This document shows, in pieces, positions 1 to 5,627 of a stretch of DNA of 6,946 nt. The notes under the pieces were generated by a model that saw only the letters and a list, made by a program, of their open reading frames with translations, did not search any database and had not been told where the DNA came from. The stretch is taken from assembly GCA_051294375.1 (NCBI GenBank), contig JBJCIZ010000138.1, positions 1 through 6,946 on the forward strand, written 5' to 3'. A program made the position numbers and the translations under genes. Positions within the stretch are counted from its first letter, which is position 1, and every line of letters starts with the position of its first letter. Source of the stretch: Paraspadella gotoi. Lineage: Eukaryota; Animalia; Chaetognatha.

Positions 1-1
1 C

Positions 2-328
2 GATTTCATTTAAAGTTTTTTGAGCGAACAGATCTCCTCGTTGAATCTTAAACATCGCCCAAAGGACCAGGTTTGTATTTTCGTCGTCGATAAATTGAAT
101 TCTTTTTCTTTCGGCTTCGACGTCCGCCGCAGGGTTTTCTGCCAGTTTCGTCTCGACAGCGGTTTCAATTCTTGCCATCTCCGAGTCGTTGCTTCTGGCT
201 TGTTCGAGGGACTCTTCCGCAGAACTCGGCATCCTTTGATTAACCTCTTGTTTCATTCGAGTTTTTATAACGTAGGTAATTTGGCTATGGCCACGAATCC
301 AATGATCAAAGTCTTGTTCTCTTGACAT
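2..328 (-). CDS. Family A small helical protein (A3), 3' end runs off the window; absent from the ORF track
   Basis: ATG at 328, open to the edge: MSREQDFDHWIRGHSQITYVIKTRMKQEVNQRMPSSAEESLEQARSNDSEMARIETAVETKLAENPAADVEAERKRIQFIDDENTNLVLWAMFKIQRGDLFAQKTLNEI. Aligns with 3195..2761 (RMPSSAEESLE/RLPGCVEECIE; NPAADV/NPTANV; RGDLF/RGCIF). Confidence 0.8.
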   Translation of the reverse strand, partial: MSREQDFDHWIRGHSQITYVIKTRMKQEVNQRMPSSAEESLEQARSNDSEMARIETAVETKLAENPAADVEAERKRIQFIDDENTNLVLWAMFKIQRGDLFAQKTLNEI

Positions 329-438
329 ACTTTGATAAGCTTAATAAATGAATAAACAGATAAATAAACATTTCAATTAATAACGAATGGAATACACCAA
401 ATATAGGCAATTGATGATGATGACCGTTTACAGGTTTG

Positions 439-771
439 TTAAAGAGAATTCTCTCTTTCAAGAGTCTCCATCNNNNNNNNNNGCGCTTCATAAAACCGGA
501 GATAAATGCTAGCGTNNNNNNNNNNGATCTTCAGAGCCTCCCCGATCAGCCGTACGATGTCGGTTGACTTTTTCACTTCCTTTCTGATTTCAGCAATGGT
601 TCGAGGAACTTGTCTTCTGATCCCTTCTTGCTCTAGGTTCCATAGGGCATTTTCCCTGATAGTCAGATCGATGATGGATTTTGTCTTCTCTTGACCCCAT
701 GGCTTTTCGTTGAGCTGCATCCAGTCTCTGTTTAATTGATCTCGAATTTTGTTAAAAGCAATGAAATCCAT
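439..771 (-). CDS. Family B small helical protein (B3), 110 aa, spans two N runs
   Basis: TATTTCAG acceptor ending at 777, 5 nt before the ATG. WxxL-x12-IID-x3-RE has identical spacing to WxxL-x12-ILD-x3-RE in 3632..3291. Confidence 0.8.
   Translation of the reverse strand: MDFIAFNKIRDQLNRDWMQLNEKPWGQEKTKSIIDLTIRENALWNLEQEGIRRQVPRTIAEIRKEVKKSTDIVRLIGEALKIXXXXASIYLRFYEAXXXXMETLERENSL
473..525. other. Two 10-N gaps (473-482, 516-525)
   Basis: Seen directly; they indicate low-quality or masked sequence. Confidence 0.95.
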
Positions 772-852
772 TTTACCTGAAATAAGTTGATTATCAAGAT
801 ATCAAAAAATGTCATTTGCTTTGACTTGACCAAAAAATAAAGAACAGGTAAG

Positions 853-1119
853 TTAGCAAGGTAAATTCATTACAGTTTTGGTTCCGAGTGAAAATATATC
901 TCTTTTGCTCTTCCAGGATTTTCGCCCATCTGGTAAGTTGTGCAATTGTCTTGAATTCTCGTTCATCAGCACCATGGATCCCATACTCTTGAATTCTTCG
1001 GACCAAGTTGTCTTCTCTCTTCTGGATTTCATCCAGTGCGTCTTCAAGATTGGTAGGTAGCCAGAATATCGCGTTTTCTCTGGCATATTTTTTGAAGTTT
1101 CTTCTCTCACTTCAGACAT
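853..1119 (-). pseudogene. Family A copy (A5), frameshifted (pseudogene or sequence error); 3' end uncertain (about 870 to 812)
   Basis: ATTTCAG acceptor at 1141, ATG at 1119. After one frameshift near 1100 it reads NFKKYARENAIFWLPTNLEDALDEIQ...QLTRWAKILEEQKRYIFTR (frame of ORF 812..1006), matching both family A motifs. Confidence 0.65.
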
Positions 1120-1173
1120 TTTTTAATAATTAGTGAGAAGCTGAAATTTAGAAAAAGGTAAGTATAAAAAATT

Positions 1174-1470
1174 TCAACAATACTCAGGAATTCTGTAAAT
1201 TCTGGTGGCGAATATTTTTCCATCTTTTTCCAAAATGTCCGGCCATTTCCTCTACACTTAATGCGATATTGAATATTCTGCTCTGCTTCTGGCATTCGAT
1301 ACTTCGTTTTGTCCTTTCTCCTTTCGTCCCCTTTTCAATTTCTTGTTCTTCTTGAGCCAATTCCTTTTCAAAGCCTCTCAAGTCTTTTAAAGCTCTTTCC
1401 AACGAATCCGGGACCAAATGATCGGCAAAAGTCTCATTTTCTCGAACGTAAAACTCAGAATTTATGCCAT
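1174..1470 (-). pseudogene. Family A copy (A4), multiple frameshifts
   Basis: TTACAG|A|ATG at 1470, followed by GCA TAA in that frame. Another frame gives FYVRENETFADHLVPDSLERALKDLRGFEKELAQ (compare APDCVEKCFDLIKNYSLELKQ). A downstream shifted segment gives RKWPDILEKDGKIFA (compare EKWKKIRLAEGRIFN). Confidence 0.65.
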
Positions 1471-1555
1471 TCTGTAACTAAAGGTAAGTGAATTGATAAT
1501 TGATATAAATCACTAATCCGGAATGTCTAATAAAGTAAGTTTGTTTATATTTTCA

Positions 1556-1895
1556 TTAAACGTTCTTTTGCCTGATCCTGGAGTTCCTTTGCCCGGCTTT
1601 CATTTCATCATAAATTTCACCAAGATCTGGTCTTTTGCGTTTCGCATTCCTTGCCAATTTTTGGCGATCTTCCAATTCTTGAATGTCCTTGTACAGTTCG
1701 GACGCCTCGATGGCTTTATTGCCTCTCATCCTTTCCTCTCTTTTCCTCCTTTTTCTTCCGGATTCGAATTTCATATTCTCCGAAAGACTATGCTCTCAAC
1801 CGCAGAATTTCTTTCAAACGATCTTTGATATTCCTCGCTCTCCCAATCGCGAGCAATCTCATCTTGAATCTCGGAATGGATTTCATTTGAGCCAT
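1556..1895 (-). pseudogene. Family B copy (B4), about 2 frameshifts
   Basis: TATTCAG acceptor at 1913, ATG at 1895. A shifted frame gives IQDEIARDW (compare IRDQLNRDW in B3). ORF 1556..1774 KDIQELEDRQKLARNAKRKRPDLGEIYDE aligns ungapped to B2 KDVRNALGWKKTAVMLKFHQKKKTETYNE. Confidence 0.65.
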
Positions 1896-1944
1896 TGTAG
1901 GCAAGTATAGAGCTGAATAAATTTATTTAAAAATAAGACAATTA

Positions 1945-2298
1945 TTAGTGAAAGAAGGCGAACCGAATAACTTTGAGGTAAGTTTGAGTTATTATTCTCA
2001 TGGCAATTCTTCCATTATCGTCTCGACACTCTTCTTTATTGAAGATGCGCCCTTCAGCAAGTCGAATCTTCTTCCATTTCTCGATGAAGCATATTTCCTC
2101 TTCCAAGAATTTGATTCGTTCGTCTTGACCTTCAGCGACTTCCTGCAATTGCTTCAGTTCCAAGGAATAGTTTTTGATGAGGTCGAAACACTTTTCAACA
2201 CAATCGGGAGCTTCATTGTTCAACTTCTCGTTCTTTTTAACTACGAATGCTCGAAAGTCCTTATATCGATAGGCAAGGTACCCACTGCAGCCTTGCAT
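1945..2298 (-). CDS. Family A protein (A2); C-terminal half of ORF 1945..2685, probably its own cistron starting MQGCSGY
   Basis: ACTTACCT at 2346-2339, a T-rich tract, CCTTCAG (2314) and TATTCAG (2304) acceptors, ATG at 2298. PDCVEKC...IKFLEEE...EKWKKI...GRIFN matches A1 PGCVEEC...IKEFEEE...ERWKQI...GCIFN. Confidence 0.8.
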   Translation of the reverse strand: MQGCSGYLAYRYKDFRAFVVKKNEKLNNEAPDCVEKCFDLIKNYSLELKQLQEVAEGQDERIKFLEEEICFIEKWKKIRLAEGRIFNKEECRDDNGRIAMRIITQTYLKVIRFAFFH

Positions 2299-2351
2299 TG
2301 TTTCTGAATATTCCTGAAGGCAAAACATAAAGTAAACAAGGTAAGTTCGAT

Positions 2352-2698
2352 TTAAGACAGGATTTGAATTTCTTCCTGTTTTCTTCTTTATATATTCATC
2401 AATCATATTGTAAATCTCATTATAAGTTTCAGTCTTTTTCTTCTGGTGAAATTTGAGCATCACAGCCGTCTTCTTCCATCCTAACGCGTTTCGGACGTCC
2501 TTTTCGGCGGCTTCCTTCAGCTTCATTTTGATGTCTTCAGGTTTGTACTTGTGCCATTCTGGATGCCGTTCGACTTTCGCCTCTTGCTCCTTCACATTGA
2601 GGTTCCTTCCGAAATGTTTGTCGTCCATTCTTTCCCTCATTCTCGTAGAGGTGTTCCCATTCTTGAAGGTATCGTGCACCACCAACTGGATCGGACAT
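2352..2698 (-). pseudogene. Family B copy (B2), two apparent +1 nt frameshifts
   Basis: Begins MSDPVGGARYLQEWEHL at ATG 2698 (compare B1 MSDKVVWLWDEWRSL). Shifts into EQEAKVERHPEW...AEKDVRNALGWKKTA (compare EAEANIAYRPEW...AEKAIRLARNWMKTA). A further shift near 2380 gives KQEEIQILS* (TAA 2354-2352; compare KQEMIL). Confidence 0.7.
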
Positions 2699-2760
2699 CT
2701 TTCGAACAGGTAAGTAAGTATTAACTGTGAAGGTAAGTGTTTTAATTAAACGATCGCATC

Positions 2761-3195
2761 TCAAAATGGTAAGTTAATAAATCTTTGATCAATTAAAGAG
2801 TTCCATTGCATTTTATATAATGGAAAGTCCCACAATCTCAACTGCTTCCATTGCAGGGATTTTTTCTTTAAGGATTCAAGACTTTCGCGGTTGAAGATGC
2901 AACCTCGACTCAGATAAATTTGTTTCCATCGCTCGAGAGTCGGAAACTCCTCTTCGAATTCTTTGATCTTTTCAGTGAATTCTTTCACATTTGCCGTTGG
3001 ATTCTTTGCTTTTCTCTTCGCGATGGTCTCACGCAGCTTCTCGATCTTTGTAGTATAACTTTGCGTCAATTCGATGCATTCTTCGACGCATCCTGGGAGA
3101 CGCCTTTCCAGCTCATCCGTCTTCCGGCGTTTGAAGGCACAGAGCTCCAAATGCTCTCTGGAATAGATCCAAGATAATGGAAGTCCGTTCTGCAT
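2761..3195 (-). CDS. Family A protein (A1), 144 aa, likely start MQNGLP
   Basis: Intact ORF; TTTATTTACAG acceptor at 3210 precedes ATG 3195. The upstream 33 codons of ORF 2761..3294 are AT-rich spacer. Clear paralog of A2 and A3. Confidence 0.85.
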   Translation of the reverse strand: MQNGLPLSWIYSREHLELCAFKRRKTDELERRLPGCVEECIELTQSYTTKIEKLRETIAKRKAKNPTANVKEFTEKIKEFEEEFPTLERWKQIYLSRGCIFNRESLESLKKKSLQWKQLRLWDFPLYKMQWNSLIDQRFINLPF

Positions 3196-3290
3196 TGTAT
3201 CCAAGAGAACTGTAAATAAATAAATTAATATTCGAACAATCCAAATCGATATTTTTGACATTGACTTCACATTAGTTTGTATGAATTCAT

Positions 3291-3632
3291 TCATTCATGA
3301 AATGTTTTTAGAATCATCTCTTGCTTTTCGATGCGTTCCTGCATCATTTCAATAATAGTTTCAAAGGTCTTAGCCCTTTTGGGTTTTTCTTTTCTCAGGA
3401 TCTCCGCTGTCTTCATCCAATTCCTGGCAAGACGAATTGCCTTTTCTGCTTCATCTTCAGGACCTTTGTTCTCTCCTTGGAGGATCTTTTTCACCCACTC
3501 CGGTCTGTAGGCTATATTTGCTTCTGCTTCTCGGAGAATCACGTCCAGGATCTTCCTGTTCCTGTTTTCGGTCTCTTTCTGCAGCTTAAGACTTCTCCAT
3601 TCGTCCCATAGCCAAACGACTTTGTCAGACAT
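3291..3632 (-). CDS. Family B protein (B1), 113 aa
   Basis: Intact K/E-rich ORF preceded by ATACTTACCTTCAG...TATTTAGCAAATG; paralogous to B2, B3 and B4. Confidence 0.85.
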   Translation of the reverse strand: MSDKVVWLWDEWRSLKLQKETENRNRKILDVILREAEANIAYRPEWVKKILQGENKGPEDEAEKAIRLARNWMKTAEILRKEKPKRAKTFETIIEMMQERIEKQEMILKTFHE

Positions 3633-3719
3633 TTGCTAAATAAATCCTGAAGGTAAGTATATTGAAAATAATAACTTTGAATTGCAATAAAATTGTAGTG
3701 ATAAATGAACAATCACTGA

Positions 3720-3915
3720 TCAGTTTTTTTCCGTTTTTCGTGTAGAGTTTTTTGTCTCTTGATCTGGGATGGGTGCCTGGATCATCATCTTTTTACTTTC
3801 TAGTAAGATCAAGGATCGCTTTGCGCTTGCCTTTTCAGGATCGGAATATGAAACTCCATGGGTTTCGCCATAACAGATGCCATTTGCCAAACATATAGCC
3901 GCTAAATGAAGTCAT
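3720..3915 (-). pseudogene. Probable short cistron, frame-disrupted, family unassigned
   Basis: TTATTCAG|GAAAATG at 3915 and coding-like composition between two AT-rich spacers. The ATG frame stops after 26 aa; another frame stays open to TGA at 3722-3720 (...DPEKASAKRSLILLESKKMMIQAPIPDQETKNSTRKTEKN). Confidence 0.4.
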
Positions 3916-4005
3916 TTTCCTGAATAATCAAGAATAATTAATAATAACAGGATTCAATTTCAATGGTTTGACAGCCAATTGAACAAATATTTGATGAGAT
4001 AATGT

Positions 4006-4329
4006 TTAAAATGTTTTCCTTTTGCGATATAACGTCTGTTTTGTTACTGGTTTTGAGGCGCGGTGAACAAAGTCTCGAATTACTGCGTAAATGTCTTCGA
4101 GAGCCTCTCGTTGCATGTCAGCGTATTTTTCCATTGACGCTGTAGGAATACTGCCCATGGGAAGATTCTGTATCGTCCTCCTGTCCACGGTTTCGTTCAG
4201 CTTCTTTTCCGTCCGTTCTTTCCAGCGCCCGTACTCCATCACAAATTCTTCTTTGAAGGGATCTGGGATGTGTTCGAGTAGAATTCTCATGTGGAGTTCT
4301 CCCTCGATTTCAATATAGTTTCCGGACAT
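4006..4329 (-). CDS. Family C protein (C2), 107 aa, start MSGNYIEI
   Basis: Intact ORF; ACTTACCTTTTTTAG upstream of ATG 4329; paralog at 4646..4407; basic C-terminus RKRK. Confidence 0.85.
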   Translation of the reverse strand: MSGNYIEIEGELHMRILLEHIPDPFKEEFVMEYGRWKERTEKKLNETVDRRTIQNLPMGSIPTASMEKYADMQREALEDIYAVIRDFVHRASKPVTKQTLYRKRKTF

Positions 4330-4406
4330 TTTGAATGTGAATAACAAACTAAAAAAGGTAAGTAAATCAAACAATTCGTACACAAAGTTTTATGAATAAT
4401 TTCGTT

Positions 4407-4646
4407 TTACTTCTCGGCTCTGTCTCGTAAGTCAATGATAATCTTTTTTAACATTTCTCGCCTCTTTTTCATGGCATGTTGCATATATAAGTTCTTTGCT
4501 TATTCTGATAAGTTCAACGATTCGATTTGATCCATTTTGAGCATCGTTTCGTCGTACCAATGATTGTATCTCTCGTGAAACTCCGCTAAGTGTTCCATTG
4601 GAACGAGATCCATCATCCTATTGAACAGGACTCGCCGAGATGACAT
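4407..4646 (-). pseudogene. Family C copy (C1) with one in-frame TAA at 4502-4500; absent from the ORF track
   Basis: MSSRRVLFNRMMDLVPMEHLAEFHERYNHWYDETMLKMDQIESLNLSE*AKNLYMQHAMKKRREMLKKIIIDLRDRAEK*. Shares P-x5-EF-x3-Y-x2-W-x3-T-x2-K and RExLxxI-x4-RD with C2. TTTATAG acceptor near 4665. Confidence 0.75.
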
Positions 4647-4968
4647 GATCCCAAAGTTGATTCTCTATAAAGAAATGTTTATTATTATTCCATTGCCATC
4701 AGGTAAGTATTTGTATTGAAATATTGACTTTATTAATTCTTTTCCTCTGCAGGATCGTTACCAGAATTTCGTCGAATTTTCTTAATGTTGAGCAAGTGTC
4801 CGGAAATCCAATAGATGCTTAAAGTTCTTGTATCGCCGGAAGCTTAAAGGTAGGTTTGCAAGTTTATTGAAAACAATTCAAAACAACTTAAAACAATGCA
4901 AGAGATCAAAACGCCAGTCTCCCGCCTAAATTTTGTGCCATAATGCGAATCTTATGAGAAATAAATTC

Positions 4969-5166
4969 TCATGGAGTTTTGCAGTAAGTGTCTGCTGACA
5001 TGATATGAGACGGAATGATGCGTCCGATCTCCGTCTCTGAAAGAATCGTAGCTAAACGACGTCGGTAAAGGTTTACTTCAAAAGAGATTTCGATTGAAGA
5101 TTCCGGCGGACGCGTGATTGGCGGCGTCGGCGGCGCCTGATAATTTGAATCGGATTTCTTTTCCAT
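4969..5166 (-). CDS. Hypothetical Pro-containing ORF, possibly the 3' part of a longer disrupted gene
   Basis: 65-aa ORF in GC-richer sequence; no clear acceptor before the ATG; faint resemblance of RPPESSIEISF to RPSSPGTVVEISW in the upstream gene. Confidence 0.3.
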   Translation of the reverse strand: MEKKSDSNYQAPPTPPITRPPESSIEISFEVNLYRRRLATILSETEIGRIIPSHIMSADTYCKTP

Positions 5167-5219
5167 TCCTTTGCGACTTCACCGAACTTGGTACTAGCGA
5201 TAATTCTGTCCGAGCTTGA

Positions 5220-5264
5220 TACAAGTGGTGACTCTGTCCAAATCCACTACAAGTGGCAACTCTG
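5220..5264. repeat. Short direct repeat, 17 nt x2, period 28
   Basis: tacaagtggtgactctg (5220-5236) and tacaagtggcaactctg (5248-5264), 15/17 identical. Confidence 0.8.
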
Positions 5265-5321
5265 GCTGAATCCGTTGGTACGACGGTCTCTTCGTACTTG
5301 GCTTTGTGGATTCCGTGGACA

Positions 5322-5478
5322 CCTTATTTTACGAAGAGCGACGGTTCCTGATCTGTAACGATAAAGCTTCTCAACATCTCCAATGGCATCAAAGTTTGAG
5401 GATAGTCTTAATAATTAGTTGCTTGCGAGAAGCTTTACCTCCGGTCGATTTAGATGCGGTTTGTTAGGTGGAAGCCAT
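5322..5478 (-). pseudogene. H3: Degenerate histone H3 N-terminal fragment (about residues 1-52)
   Basis: MAST*QTASKSTGGKASRKQLIIKTILKL, frameshift, DAIGDVEKLYRYRSGTVALRKIR, versus canonical [53 protein letters not shown]. No histone fold follows. Confidence 0.9.
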
Positions 5479-5627
5479 GGCGAATAGTGGGTGAAGTCTG
5501 CAGTCTGTCTAATATATCTGTCAATCAGGTTAAGACAACATTAGCAATGTTTGACTTCATTATAAAAGAAAATACGGTAACAAAGTTCGGGACACACGAC
5601 TTTTTTTAAAAAAAAAAGGAGGAACGC

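Larger units (their letters stand above)
846..4708 (-). promoter_or_regulatory. Dispersed ACTTACCT motif (plus strand AGGTAAGT); candidate Ur-like trans-splicing element
   Basis: Exact copies at 846, 1156, 1482, 1976, 2339, 2708, 2731, 3651, 4356 and 4701; variants near 859, 932, 1899, 2768 and 4848; no exact copy seen in the opposite orientation. The presence of the motif is certain; its function is inferred. Confidence 0.7.

Noticed and set aside
3196-3294. Hydrophobic N-terminal extension of ORF 2761..3294 as a signal peptide (likewise 4383..4330)
   Set aside because: It is translation of T-rich spacer upstream of the acceptor; the paralogs start at the downstream ATG.
846-4708. CRISPR array or SL RNA gene cluster
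   Set aside because: The repeat is only 8-11 nt, irregularly spaced and separated by coding sequence; no conserved leader exon precedes the plus-strand donors.
4700-4710. U1 snRNA gene (ATACTTACCTG)
   Set aside because: Only the first 11 nt match; the downstream sequence is AT-rich spacer and CDS, without U1 stem-loops.
4500-5466. TAA reassignment (alternative genetic code)
   Set aside because: TAA terminates several genes here (439, 1945, 4006, 4407); isolated internal TAAs are better explained as mutations or errors.
5602-5617. T7A9 run as an intrinsic terminator
   Set aside because: The context is eukaryotic; this is low-complexity 3' UTR sequence.
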